Shown here: positions 20,599 through 30,016 of the stretch, piece after piece
Layout of the letters: each line of letters opens with the position of its first letter
Numbering within the stretch: the stretch's first letter is position 1
Origin: an uncultured Planctomycetia bacterium
GTDB lineage: Bacteria > Omnitrophota > Gorgyraeia > Duberdicusellales > 4484-171
DNA length: 64,000 nucleotides
Direction of reading: 5' to 3'
Assembly (NCBI GenBank): GCA_964536865.1
Contig: CAZHYN010000004.1
Coordinates: forward strand, 12,900 to 76,899
Position numbers and translations under genes: made by a program
The notes under the pieces: model-generated
The model's input: the letters and a program-made list of their open reading frames with translations, nothing else
Databases searched by the model: none
What the model was told of the DNA's origin: nothing

Positions 20599-21018
20599 AT
20601 GGAATTTATAACCGCTTCAGAGGAAGAAACAAAACTTTTGGCTTCTAAGTTTTCTAAAAATCTAAAGATAGGAGATGTAATTCTCTTAATTGGTCCTTTA
20701 GGGGTGGGTAAGACAGTATTTGCAAAAGGGATTCTTAAAGGGTTAGGAGAGAAGGAGGAGAGAGTAAGAAGTCCTTCTTTTACTCTTATAAGAGAATATC
20801 AAACTAAGCGAGGCAAGGTATATCATATCGATTTGTATCGGGTAAGGAGAAAGAAGGAACTGATAAACTTAGGATATCAGGATTACTTTTATTCTCCATC
20901 TGCTATCGTACTGATTGAGTGGGCAAATAAAGTGGAGAGGTTAATTCCTAAAAGTAAAAAGGTAGTTATAGATTTTTTAGGAATTAATACAAGGAGAGTA
21001 AAGATAGTAGAGAAGTAA
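20599..21018 (+). CDS. tsaE: tRNA threonylcarbamoyladenosine biosynthesis ATPase TsaE
   Basis: 139 aa. P-loop GPLGVGKT. thiL-tsaE-tsaB order as in Bacillus. Confidence 0.85.
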   Translation: MEFITASEEETKLLASKFSKNLKIGDVILLIGPLGVGKTVFAKGILKGLGEKEERVRSPSFTLIREYQTKRGKVYHIDLYRVRRKKELINLGYQDYFYSPSAIVLIEWANKVERLIPKSKKVVIDFLGINTRRVKIVEK

Positions 21019-21025
21019 AAGTTAT

Positions 21026-21694
21026 ATGGTCCTTTTAGGTATTGAGGCTTCTTCAGAAATTATCTCTCTGGGTGCGGTAGACAATAAAAGAGTGATTTTT
21101 AAGTTTAAGAAAAAGCTGAGGAAAGGGGCATCCTACATAGTAGCTTATCTTGAGAGATATTTAAAAAAGAATCTTTTAAGGTGGGAGGATGTAAGTTCTC
21201 TGGTAATAGGGAAAGGACCGGGATCTTTTACTAGTTTAAGAGTGTCTTTTAGTGTAATAAAGGGATTAGCGGTAGCTTTAAATAAACCTGTAATAGCTTT
21301 GGGTAGTTTTTTTTCTATAGCTCATAAACTGAGAAGCAAGTTTCACAAACTTGCAGTAGTCTGTGATGCTCGGAGAAATCTAATTTATGCGGCTACTTTC
21401 AGAGTTAGGAATTATACTCGATTAATAAGGAAAAGGAAAGAAAATCTATATTCCTTAGAGGAGTTTGTTCAACTTTATCCCGATTATCTTTACGTAACTT
21501 ATCATAGTCATATAAGAGAAAATGCAAGGAAGATTTTCCCTCAGATAAATTTTTATCCATTAGATATATATCCTGATGTTATTTATCTTTTGGAGATAGC
21601 TAAAGATTTTTATAGGAGAAGATTGTTTACAACATTGGAGAGTTTGGAGCCTTTATATATTTACCCTAAGGAGTGCCAGATAAAGAATGTTTAG
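21026..21694 (+). CDS. tsaB: tRNA t6A biosynthesis protein TsaB (YeaZ family)
   Basis: N-terminal LGIEASSEIISLGAV of the inactive Kae1/YeaZ fold. 222 aa. Confidence 0.7.
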   Translation: MVLLGIEASSEIISLGAVDNKRVIFKFKKKLRKGASYIVAYLERYLKKNLLRWEDVSSLVIGKGPGSFTSLRVSFSVIKGLAVALNKPVIALGSFFSIAHKLRSKFHKLAVVCDARRNLIYAATFRVRNYTRLIRKRKENLYSLEEFVQLYPDYLYVTYHSHIRENARKIFPQINFYPLDIYPDVIYLLEIAKDFYRRRLFTTLESLEPLYIYPKECQIKNV

Positions 21695-22790
21695 ACCTCT
21701 ATGGATAGAGATTAAACTAGGAAATTTAAGAAAGAACTTATCTTTAGTAAGGAGATATGTTGGAGAGTCTGTAAAGATCTTAGCTACCGTTAAACAGAAT
21801 GCTTACGGTCATGGTCTTATAAGGATAGCTAAGGAGTTAGATAATTTAGGAGTGAACTTTTTTGGTGTGGGAAGTCTTGAGGAGGCTATAGCTTTGAGGG
21901 AAGCTGGGATTAAGAAGCCAATTTTAGTTCTTACTGCTTTACTTCCTTCTACAATAAAGCTTCTCATAAAGTATAGAGTGAGGCCTACTGTAGTGGATTT
22001 AGCTTTTGCTAGAAGATTAGACAAAGAGGCGAAGAGGTTAGCTAAAAAAGTTGATATACATATAAAAGTAGATACAGGAATGGGGAGATTAGGAGTTTGG
22101 TGGGAAGATGCTAAGAAGTTTATCTGCAAAGTTTGCAACCTAAAAAATCTATATGTAGAGGGACTTTTTACTCACTTTTCCTCTGCGGATACCGACTATT
22201 CTTTTACTACATTCCAGATTAAGTCTTTTAATACTCTGATTAAGGAATGTGCAAAGGAAGGGATATTTTTTAAGTACCTCCATTCCGCTAATAGTATTGC
22301 ACTCATTAAGTACAAGAGCTCGCATTTTAATTTAGTAAGGCCAGGTTTGATTCTCTATGGGATAAATCCTTACTCCAAGATGAATATTGAGTTAGCGCCT
22401 TTACTTTCTTTAAAATCAAAAGTTATATTTTTAAAGAAAGTGGACAGAGGACGAAGTATAAGCTACGGAAGGACCTATATAACTAAAAGACCTACCACTA
22501 TTGCTACTGTAGGATGTGGGTATGCCGATGGATATCCTTTTGTTCTATCTAATCGAGGCAAAGTAATTATAAAAGGAGAGTTCTTTAATATAGTAGGAAG
22601 AGTATGTATGGATCACTTTATGATTGAGGTAGGGAGTAATGAGAAGATAAAAATAAGAGATACAGTTACCCTCATAGGGAAAGAAAAAAATGCTTACTTG
22701 AAGGCAGAAGATTTGGCAAGATGGGCAAATACTATACCTTATGAGATTGTAAGTAGATTATCTTTAAGTATTCCCCGTATTTATAAATAA
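21687..22790 (+). CDS. alr: Alanine racemase
   Basis: PLP-binding lysine motif VKQNAYGHG. 367 aa. C-terminal beta domain. Confidence 0.9.
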   Translation: MFRPLWIEIKLGNLRKNLSLVRRYVGESVKILATVKQNAYGHGLIRIAKELDNLGVNFFGVGSLEEAIALREAGIKKPILVLTALLPSTIKLLIKYRVRPTVVDLAFARRLDKEAKRLAKKVDIHIKVDTGMGRLGVWWEDAKKFICKVCNLKNLYVEGLFTHFSSADTDYSFTTFQIKSFNTLIKECAKEGIFFKYLHSANSIALIKYKSSHFNLVRPGLILYGINPYSKMNIELAPLLSLKSKVIFLKKVDRGRSISYGRTYITKRPTTIATVGCGYADGYPFVLSNRGKVIIKGEFFNIVGRVCMDHFMIEVGSNEKIKIRDTVTLIGKEKNAYLKAEDLARWANTIPYEIVSRLSLSIPRIYK

Positions 22791-22792
22791 CT

Positions 22793-23878
22793 TTATCTGA
22801 GAAGAAGGAGAGCGCTTATTCCTGCAGTAAAGAAGAATAAAGGTGCTGTCCATACACACAAAGAAGGCAGAAGTACTCCTGCTTTACCTAAGGCTAAACT
22901 TACTGAAAATATTAGATAATAAAGAAAACTAAAAATAAAGGCTAAGCCTAGAGAAGAGAGGGCAACCCTGCGTTTTCTTATTTCTAATACAAAAGGAAGT
23001 GCTCCTATTATGAGAAAAAAATGAGAAAAAGGTTGTGCTATCTTCTGATGGAATTGGATAGTAAGATTAGAGAGAATATTATATGCCTTTATCTTAATAA
23101 GTCGATGTATTTCTTTTCTTAAGTCTTTGAGAGAGAGAAATTCTCCTAAGGCAGTTCTCTTGATTAAAAGCTCCTCTGGCTTTTCTTCTAACTCTATTAC
23201 TTTGGTCTTAAAGTATAAAGGTCTGTTGGAAATTTTTCCTTGGAAGTTCACCTTATAGGAGATAACCTCATTTGCTACCCACATACCTTTTAAGTAAATC
23301 ATCTTTTTTATCATCATTTTTTCCGTAATGTTCCCCTGATTATCTTCTTTAAAAATTACTACTTCCTTTAGGGATTTCTGATGAGGAATAAAGCGAGATA
23401 CAAAAAAGAACATATTTTGATATCTGAAGGTAATATTCTTCCTCTGTGAAGATATTTTTTTCTTCTTTATATATTTTATCTTTATTTCCTCTACTTTTTC
23501 TTGTGAGATAAATAGTAATCTCTCTTGAATAAGTAAAGAGGTAGATGAAACTATGAAAGATAAAATTAGTGCTGCTAAAGAGATTCTAAAGACACTTAAC
23601 CCAAAGGTTCGCATGCCCAGAACCTCGTTACTTTTATTCAACCTTGCAAATGTATAAATGGTACTTATGAGAAGAGAAAAAGGACTTACTCTTAAAAGTA
23701 TTAAAGGCAGGTTATAAAAATAGTAGGTTACTAAAATATTAAAAGGAATTTTGGTTTCTAAAAAACTTCCTAAATTAGAGAAAAGGTCCACAATTACATA
23801 TAATCCTATAAAAGCAGAAAGTACGGTGAGGTAACTTTTTACAATTTTGAGAGAAATATATCTGTCTAGAATGTACAT
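22793..23878 (-). CDS. lptG: LPS export ABC permease LptG (YjgP/YjgQ family)
   Basis: 361 aa, 6 TM helices with a central periplasmic domain. Paired with a second paralogue immediately upstream on the same strand. Confidence 0.75.
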   Translation of the reverse strand: MYILDRYISLKIVKSYLTVLSAFIGLYVIVDLFSNLGSFLETKIPFNILVTYYFYNLPLILLRVSPFSLLISTIYTFARLNKSNEVLGMRTFGLSVFRISLAALILSFIVSSTSLLIQERLLFISQEKVEEIKIKYIKKKKISSQRKNITFRYQNMFFFVSRFIPHQKSLKEVVIFKEDNQGNITEKMMIKKMIYLKGMWVANEVISYKVNFQGKISNRPLYFKTKVIELEEKPEELLIKRTALGEFLSLKDLRKEIHRLIKIKAYNILSNLTIQFHQKIAQPFSHFFLIIGALPFVLEIRKRRVALSSLGLAFIFSFLYYLIFSVSLALGKAGVLLPSLCVWTAPLFFFTAGISALLLLR

Positions 23879-24948
23879 CTTATTAGAAGGTAGATGCCCA
23901 ATATTAGAAAGATTATGTTAGGGATCCACATTCCTAAAGAGGAGACTACGATATTAGATTTCGCCAGAGTTTCTCCTAAGATTAAAAGGAGATAGTAACT
24001 AACGGCAAGAAGAAAAGTTACCCCAAAGTTAATCGATTTCTCTCTATGCCGCACCCGTGTTGCTATTCCAAACCCCAAGATTACGAATATTAAAGGTGAA
24101 AGGGAGATGCTAATTCTTTTGTGAAATTCTATAATGAGGTCTTTGGGGAAAATTTTAAGATTTCTGAGATAAGCTATTTTTTCTTTTAGCTCTTCCATAG
24201 TTAAATCTTTCGGTTTCTTTTTAATTGGAGTTTTAATTTTCTCTTCTATAGGTATATCCATAAAAAATATTTTGAAACTTAATCTGTAGAGTTCGTTTCT
24301 GTCCTTAGGATTTATTTCATCCCTAAATCCATTTTCTAATTTCAATTTTAAAATTTTTTCCTGAGAGATGAATTCTCCTTTTTTAGCAAAAGTAATCTGC
24401 TTCAAACTATCATTTTCTATCTGATAAATAAAGATATTCTTCATTTTATTTCCTTTAACATCTCCCACATAAAGGATGTAGTTACCAAAATTTTCCAAAA
24501 ATATGCCTGGTTCAATCACTGCAGAGATATTCTTTCTATATAAGTTTTTTATGCGTCGATAATAGCGATAGTGAAAATTAGGGAGTATCTTATCATTGAG
24601 AATGAAGAGGCACGCAGAGAAGATGACCCCTAAGATTAGGAATATTCTTAAGATTCTTGCTAAGGATATTCCTGCCACATGCATAGCTACAATCTCATTA
24701 TCAGCAATTAGCCTTCCTAAGGAGAGGAGGATTCCTAAGAGGAGAGATAGAGGTATAGTAAATCTCAAAAGATAAGGAACAAAGAAAAGAAAAAGTGCTG
24801 TTGCATCTTTTAAAGCTACGCCCTTCCTTATTACCATATCAGAAAGCTTTATAAGGTTACCCAAGACCATTACCATAGTAATGGAAAGAAGAGAAAAGGT
24901 GAATGCGGAAAAAAAATCTTTGAGGATATAGTTTCTGAGAATTCTCAT
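23866..24948 (-). CDS. lptF: LPS export ABC permease LptF (YjgP/YjgQ family)
   Basis: 360 aa YjgP/YjgQ-type permease. 13-bp overlap with lptG. Confidence 0.75.
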   Translation of the reverse strand: MRILRNYILKDFFSAFTFSLLSITMVMVLGNLIKLSDMVIRKGVALKDATALFLFFVPYLLRFTIPLSLLLGILLSLGRLIADNEIVAMHVAGISLARILRIFLILGVIFSACLFILNDKILPNFHYRYYRRIKNLYRKNISAVIEPGIFLENFGNYILYVGDVKGNKMKNIFIYQIENDSLKQITFAKKGEFISQEKILKLKLENGFRDEINPKDRNELYRLSFKIFFMDIPIEEKIKTPIKKKPKDLTMEELKEKIAYLRNLKIFPKDLIIEFHKRISISLSPLIFVILGFGIATRVRHREKSINFGVTFLLAVSYYLLLILGETLAKSNIVVSSLGMWIPNIIFLILGIYLLIRCTF

Positions 24949-25655
24949 CGTACTCTAGCTAAGGTTATAACGGTAATAGATGAGGCTCCTTTTTCTTTCA
25001 GTACCTTACTGCACTCCGAGACAGTAGCTTTTGTAGTTACTACATCATCAACTAATATTATATTTTTCCCTGTAAGGTCGCCTTGAGCATAAAATTTCCC
25101 TTTTATATTTATGATTCTTTCTCGGAAGTTAAATTGAGTTTGTGTTTTGTAGTATTTTGTGCATATAAGAGTATTTTTGCTGTGGGGAATATTCAGAGAG
25201 AGAGATAACTCCTCAGCTAGAAGTTGAGATTGATTATATCCCTTTTCTCTTATCCGGAGAGGGTGAGAGGGTACGTTTACTATAAGGTTATAGGGGATAA
25301 AATCAAAGCCTATTCTTTTTAGATGAGTTACCATCAGGGAAGTAAAGAACTTTTTTAAGAAGGCATACTCTTTATATTTAAAAAGGTGAATAAGAGAGCT
25401 CAAGGGATTTTGATAAAGAGCTACACTTATAAGCTGGTCATAAAAGAAATATTTATTTCTACAGTTTCTACATAAGTTCGTTTCTGGATTTACAGGAAGG
25501 GAGCACATTTTACATAGGGGAGGAGTTAAAAAGACTATTTTTTCAAAGCATGACTGGCAGAGAATTCCTTCTTTTATTTTTCTTTCACATATAAAACATA
25601 CAGAAGGAAAGAAGATTCCTTTTAGAGTTTCCCACCAAGAGTTACTTCCTTTCAT
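24945..25655 (-). CDS. comF: ComF-family protein (double zinc ribbon plus phosphoribosyltransferase domain)
   Basis: N-terminal CxxC...CxxC...CxxC ribbon. C-terminal PRTase motif ILVDDVVTT. Confidence 0.8.
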   Translation of the reverse strand: MKGSNSWWETLKGIFFPSVCFICERKIKEGILCQSCFEKIVFLTPPLCKMCSLPVNPETNLCRNCRNKYFFYDQLISVALYQNPLSSLIHLFKYKEYAFLKKFFTSLMVTHLKRIGFDFIPYNLIVNVPSHPLRIREKGYNQSQLLAEELSLSLNIPHSKNTLICTKYYKTQTQFNFRERIINIKGKFYAQGDLTGKNIILVDDVVTTKATVSECSKVLKEKGASSITVITLARVR

Positions 25656-25786
25656 GGATTTTATTTTAATTTATTAACAGAGGATTGTAAACTGATTTCT
25701 TAAAAGCTTATTTTTGAATTCCTCTGAATTTCTTGATTTGAGGGAGTAAATATGGTAAAAAGAAAGCAGAGAGGAGGTGATAAATT

Positions 25787-26497
25787 ATGAAAAGGGGTTA
25801 TTCCCTCATAGAAATTATAATGGTAGTAGTAGTCAGTCTTGTTATTGCTACCTTTACTGTGGTGGGGTATCGGCAGCTTTTGGAGAATGCTCGTCAAAGA
25901 GTATGTTCTACCAATTTAAAAGCCTTAGGGGCAGCGGTAGAGATTTATGCTTTAGAAAACGATGTTTTGCCCGCTACTTTGGGAGATTTAAAACTAGAGC
26001 ATCTTCTAAAAGGTTATGCTAAGGTGATAGATAGTAGAGATTGGTTTACAAAATTTTCTTATTTTTTTATCAAAATTAATACTCCCCCTGATGTTTATGC
26101 TCAGTTTTTAACCCCTGAAAACTTAAAAAAATATGGGGTAACTCCAGAAATATTTAGATGTCCTGCAGATACAAATGGTCCTCCTTCTTATGGTATAAAC
26201 GCTAACTTGGCAGGTAAGAAGTTAGAGAATATTCCCCCGGGAGAGATTATAGTTGCTGAGTGCGACCACTATACTTTTACTTCCCAGGATGAACTTTCCT
26301 TTCGTCACTTCTCTGGTTTTGGTCTTAAGAAGCTTGCGCAGATGTTAGTAGTTGCTGAGGAAGGGAAAGGGCAAGAAAAAGGGAAAAAAATGAAGATGAT
26401 GAAGAGGAAGATGATGAAGATGAAGAAGACGAAGATGATTGAAATTCCTCTGAAGGGAAGGTTAAAAAATAAGAGGAGGGATAAACAGGAGAAGTAG
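25787..26497 (+). CDS. Prepilin-type N-terminal cleavage/methylation domain protein (pilin or pseudopilin-like) with a Lys/Met-rich C-terminal tail
   Basis: Class III signal KRGYSLIEIIMVVVV. RBS GGAGGTGA 7 nt upstream. Tail KKMKMMKRKMMKMKKTKM is encoded by a (GAW)n purine triplet repeat that follows an A7 tract. Confidence 0.7.
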   Translation: MKRGYSLIEIIMVVVVSLVIATFTVVGYRQLLENARQRVCSTNLKALGAAVEIYALENDVLPATLGDLKLEHLLKGYAKVIDSRDWFTKFSYFFIKINTPPDVYAQFLTPENLKKYGVTPEIFRCPADTNGPPSYGINANLAGKKLENIPPGEIIVAECDHYTFTSQDELSFRHFSGFGLKKLAQMLVVAEEGKGQEKGKKMKMMKRKMMKMKKTKMIEIPLKGRLKNKRRDKQEK

Positions 26498-26525
26498 ATA
26501 GTAGACTCCATAGTATCTTTTTATA

Positions 26526-28889
26526 ATGAAATTTTTCAAGGATAAAGATTTTCTCTTCCCTTTAATAATTTGGTTTATAATTATTTTCTGGTATTTAATC
26601 TTTGCGTATAGTTTTTTTTACCCTTTTCGTATTCGTCTACAGGATAAACTGAATTGCCAGGCATTTTATGTATTTTCTCATCCTCCTTCCTCTGTAAACA
26701 AAGTAGTAATTGTAGCTATTGACTCAGCTTCACGCCAGTATCTTCAGCTTAAATGGCCATGGCCAAGGAGGATTACCGCTCGTCTTCTTCGTAACATTAT
26801 GGAGTTCTCTCCCAAAGTTATAGGATTGGACATTATCTTTGCGGGTAAATCCTCTTCCGAAGATGATGAAGAGTTGCTCAGTGTGTTAAAAAACTATCCT
26901 CATACAGTATTAGCGTATACTCTATCTGAAAAAAGCTGCGAATATCCCTGGGAAGGATTTAAAAGAGTGGCTCCTTCTTTAGGATTCATAAATAAGCCAG
27001 GAGAGAAAGATAGGGTAGTGAGAAGTATCCGTACCTTCTATATAGATAGAGAATGGAGGACGCATTACTCTTTAGATACCCAGATTTTAATTCACTATTT
27101 TAATATTAAAAAAGAAGATATTAAGGTTGAGCTGGCTAAAGGAATTTTCTTAGGAGAGAGACTTTTTGTGCCTTCATCAGGGGGAATAACTCCTCTTAAT
27201 TACTTGGCCCATCCTAGTGATTTTATCACCGTCCCTGCTTTTTTGGTGTTAAATAAGAAAGTCGACTCCGATATATTTAAAGATAAAATTGTCCTTGTAG
27301 GTGCTACCGACCCTTTGATTCATGATGTTTGCTCTACGCCCATAGGAGTTTTCCCAGGAGTAACAGTCATAGCTAACTCCTTGGTAATGATGTTAAGTGG
27401 ACGTTTCCTCTACTATCTTCCTTTAGGAGTAACTGTTCTTCTTTCCTTGGGTGTAGGTATTGGAATTATGATGATTAATAAGAAATTTTCTTTGAGTTTT
27501 TCTTCGCTAATTACTTTTGTAATTTTAATTTTTTCTTATTTTTTACTTCTCTACTTAAGGGCAAAAGATATTCAGATTGACTACTTTACTTTTTTCTTTC
27601 TAGGAGTTTCTGCTTATTTGGTTCCCAATGTATACAAGTATAGCTATGCCATATATATGGGCACTACACTCAAGAACCTGGCTATAAGAGATCCTCTTAC
27701 AGGATTCTACACCTTCCGTTACTTTTCCTTAAAAATTGAGGAGGCATTGAAGGAGAAATCAAAAAGTATAGGATTAGTTATCATTATGTTTTCTAATTAT
27801 AAAAAGCTTTCTCTAAAGTTAAGTTTTGAGCACTTGAAAAGACTGGTTAAGCTACTTTCTAATTTTCTTCAGGTGAGTGTCTCTAAGGAATTTAAGCGGT
27901 TCTTCTTCTCCCGTATTTCTGAAGATTCAATAGCAATAGCTCTTTTAGAAGAAGATAGGGAAAAGATAGAAAAATTTTTAAAAATTATGTTAGAGGAGTC
28001 CAAGCATAAAGAGTTTAAGGTGGAAGATTATTCTGTAAAAGTCTTTTTTAGAGGAGTGATATTCTACAAGAGGAAAGGGATTCGCCTGAGCAGAGAAGTT
28101 TTGCTTTCTAAAATAGAGAGTTTCTTGAGAGAATTCCGCAAAAAGAGTGATGAACTTGCTATTTTGGAATTAGAAGAAAGTAAGGAAGAGACAAGGGATA
28201 CTCTTTTGCCATGGGAAAGTTGGGATTTTTTGATTACTGATCTGGAGGAGAGAAATAAAGAATTAGAGAGGGCATTGAAAGAGACTCTCGATACCAAAAG
28301 AGAGACAGAAGAAGCATATTTTGGGCTAATTTATTCTCTTGTCAAAGCGTTGGAGGAAAAGGATACTTATACTCAAGGACATTCGGAGAGAGTGGCTAAC
28401 TATGCTAAAGCTATCGCTGAAGAAGTGGGTTTAGACGAGGAGGAGTGTGAGTTAATTTACAAAGCAGGACTTTTACATGATATAGGCAAAATTGGCATTC
28501 CTGATTATATTCTCCATAAAAAGAAAGAGCTTACCTCCCAGGAAAGGGAGTTTATAAGAAAACACGAAATAATGAGTGTAGAAATACTTAGGCCTATCAA
28601 AGCCTTCCACCGGTTGCTTCCTATAATTTTGCATCATCATGAGCGTTTCGATGGTACCGGTTACCCTTATGGTTTGAGTGGAAATATGATTCCTCGTGGT
28701 GCTCAAATTTTGGCAGTGGCAGATGCTTTTGATGCTGTAACCTGTGGTAGGGGATATAAGAAAGGAATAAGTTTTGAGGAGGCGATTAGAGAATTAGAGA
28801 ATAATAGTGGTACACAATTTAATCCTGTTTATGTTGAGGCACTGAAGAAGGTAATTAACAGGTCTTTTAAGAATGAAGATTTTTCCTAA
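26526..28889 (+). CDS. CHASE2 sensor, degenerate GGDEF domain and HD-GYP c-di-GMP phosphodiesterase
   Basis: N-terminal CHASE2 region bounded by TM helices. RDPLTG start of a GGDEF-like domain that lacks the GGDEF motif. C-terminal HD-GYP domain (HSERVANYA...LHDIGKIGIP...HHHERFDGTGYPYGL). Confidence 0.85.
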   Translation: MKFFKDKDFLFPLIIWFIIIFWYLIFAYSFFYPFRIRLQDKLNCQAFYVFSHPPSSVNKVVIVAIDSASRQYLQLKWPWPRRITARLLRNIMEFSPKVIGLDIIFAGKSSSEDDEELLSVLKNYPHTVLAYTLSEKSCEYPWEGFKRVAPSLGFINKPGEKDRVVRSIRTFYIDREWRTHYSLDTQILIHYFNIKKEDIKVELAKGIFLGERLFVPSSGGITPLNYLAHPSDFITVPAFLVLNKKVDSDIFKDKIVLVGATDPLIHDVCSTPIGVFPGVTVIANSLVMMLSGRFLYYLPLGVTVLLSLGVGIGIMMINKKFSLSFSSLITFVILIFSYFLLLYLRAKDIQIDYFTFFFLGVSAYLVPNVYKYSYAIYMGTTLKNLAIRDPLTGFYTFRYFSLKIEEALKEKSKSIGLVIIMFSNYKKLSLKLSFEHLKRLVKLLSNFLQVSVSKEFKRFFFSRISEDSIAIALLEEDREKIEKFLKIMLEESKHKEFKVEDYSVKVFFRGVIFYKRKGIRLSREVLLSKIESFLREFRKKSDELAILELEESKEETRDTLLPWESWDFLITDLEERNKELERALKETLDTKRETEEAYFGLIYSLVKALEEKDTYTQGHSERVANYAKAIAEEVGLDEEECELIYKAGLLHDIGKIGIPDYILHKKKELTSQEREFIRKHEIMSVEILRPIKAFHRLLPIILHHHERFDGTGYPYGLSGNMIPRGAQILAVADAFDAVTCGRGYKKGISFEEAIRELENNSGTQFNPVYVEALKKVINRSFKNEDFS

Positions 28890-29481
28890 GACTTTCTTTC
28901 TTTTTTTCTTCCTTCCTTCGTTAATTTTTGGATGCAGTTATCCAATTAAAAACTTAGATTCTCCAGGAGAGATAATAATATGTTTTGGAGATAGTATAAC
29001 CCGGACAGAGGGAATTCCTTTAGAGAAAACCTACCCTGCAATTCTAAGTGAACTTTTACATAGAGAAGTTATAAATGCCGGTGTTTCTGGTGATACAACT
29101 GCCACTGCTCTAAGAAGATTAGAGAGAGATGTTTTAAGGAAGAATCCCTACTTGGTTATCGTGGAGTTAGGAGGCAATGATTTTTTAACTGGGATCTCTA
29201 AAGAAATCACTTTAAGGAACTTGGAAGAGATAATCGTTAAGATTCAAGAAGTGAAAGCTATAGTTGTTCTTTGCGATATAAGCTGTGGTTTCATCCTCTC
29301 AGGGTATAGGAAAGATTTTTACCAGTTGGCTAAGAAGACAGGTGCCATTTTCGTTTCTCAACTACTGGAGGGAATCTTAGATAATCCTTCTGCAAAACAG
29401 GATTATATCCATCCCAATGTTGAAGGTCATAGACTTATCGCTCAAAAAATCTACCAAGTGATAAAGCCCTACCTCAAATAA
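28873..29481 (+). CDS. SGNH/GDSL hydrolase lipoprotein (TesA/arylesterase-like)
   Basis: Lipobox LIFGCS. Catalytic block I IICFGDSIT. Block III GGNDF. DxxH near the C-terminus. Confidence 0.85.
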   Translation: MKIFPKTFFLFFFLPSLIFGCSYPIKNLDSPGEIIICFGDSITRTEGIPLEKTYPAILSELLHREVINAGVSGDTTATALRRLERDVLRKNPYLVIVELGGNDFLTGISKEITLRNLEEIIVKIQEVKAIVVLCDISCGFILSGYRKDFYQLAKKTGAIFVSQLLEGILDNPSAKQDYIHPNVEGHRLIAQKIYQVIKPYLK

Positions 29482-29581
29482 TTAAGGTAAATGTCGGACA
29501 GCAGACTTCTAATAGTTTCCCTTGATTTTAGTTATAAATCTCCAGTTCAAAGAAAAAGTTAATGAATGTGAGGTTAAACCA

Positions 29582-29598
29582 TGCCGAGGGCGGGAGTC
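29582..29598 (-). repeat. Orphan copy of the 3' end of tRNA-Leu, inside a 43-bp direct repeat (29556-29598 and 29907-29949)
   Basis: tgccgagggcgggagtc with the 5' flank aagttaatgaatgtgagRttaaaccatg matches 29907-29949 almost exactly. Confidence 0.8.
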
Positions 29599-29808
29599 AA
29601 GGCACTGAGTGCTTCGCACTATTTTAACCAGTGCCTTCATAGGGACTCTGTCCACTTGAGGCTCGGCTCATAGGAAAAAATCACAGAAAATAACTTCGCC
29701 TCGCTGTCACCCTGAAGTATTATCAAAGAAGATATTGTTAATAATTATTTTTAGAAGGTATTTAAAAAGAATAATGTAGACCCCAATTCTGACTTTAAAA
29801 ACAAAAAG

Positions 29809-29826
29809 TGCCGAGGGCGGGAGTCG
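29809..29826 (-). repeat. Second orphan tRNA-Leu 3'-end fragment (18 nt) with a different flank
   Basis: tgccgagggcgggagtcg is identical to the tRNA-Leu 3' terminus. It is followed by hairpin tcgcc-aaa-ggcga at 29835-29847. Confidence 0.8.
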
Positions 29827-29932
29827 TAACAAATTCGCCAAAGGCGATTTCCCTTATTTGTTCCGACAATACTTTCGTTTCAGAGTTAACTTCTAGCTTA
29901 AAAAAGAAGTTAATGAATGTGAGATTAAACCA

Positions 29933-30016
29933 TGCCGAGGGCGGGAGTCGAACCCGCACAGAGTTACCTCTACCGGTTTTTGAGACCGACGCGTCTGCCA
30001 ATTCCGCCACCTCGGC
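29933..30016 (-). tRNA. tRNA-Leu(CAA), class II with long variable arm; CCA not encoded
   Basis: Hand-folded from the sequence. Acceptor GCCGAGG/CCTCGGC. Anticodon stem TCGGT/ACCGG with loop CTCAAAA. 15-nt variable arm. T arm GCGGG-TTCGACT-CCCGC. Discriminator A. Confidence 0.85.

Noticed and set aside
22786-22797. Missing terminator between convergent alr and lptG (stops 2 bp apart)
   Set aside because: It is a real observation but not actionable. Compact convergent gene ends without hairpins are common in this window, so I did not elevate it to a finding.
26305-26511. Minus-strand ORF encoding FFFIIFIFF opposite the pilin tail
   Set aside because: It is the reverse complement of the purine triplet repeat, a shadow ORF.
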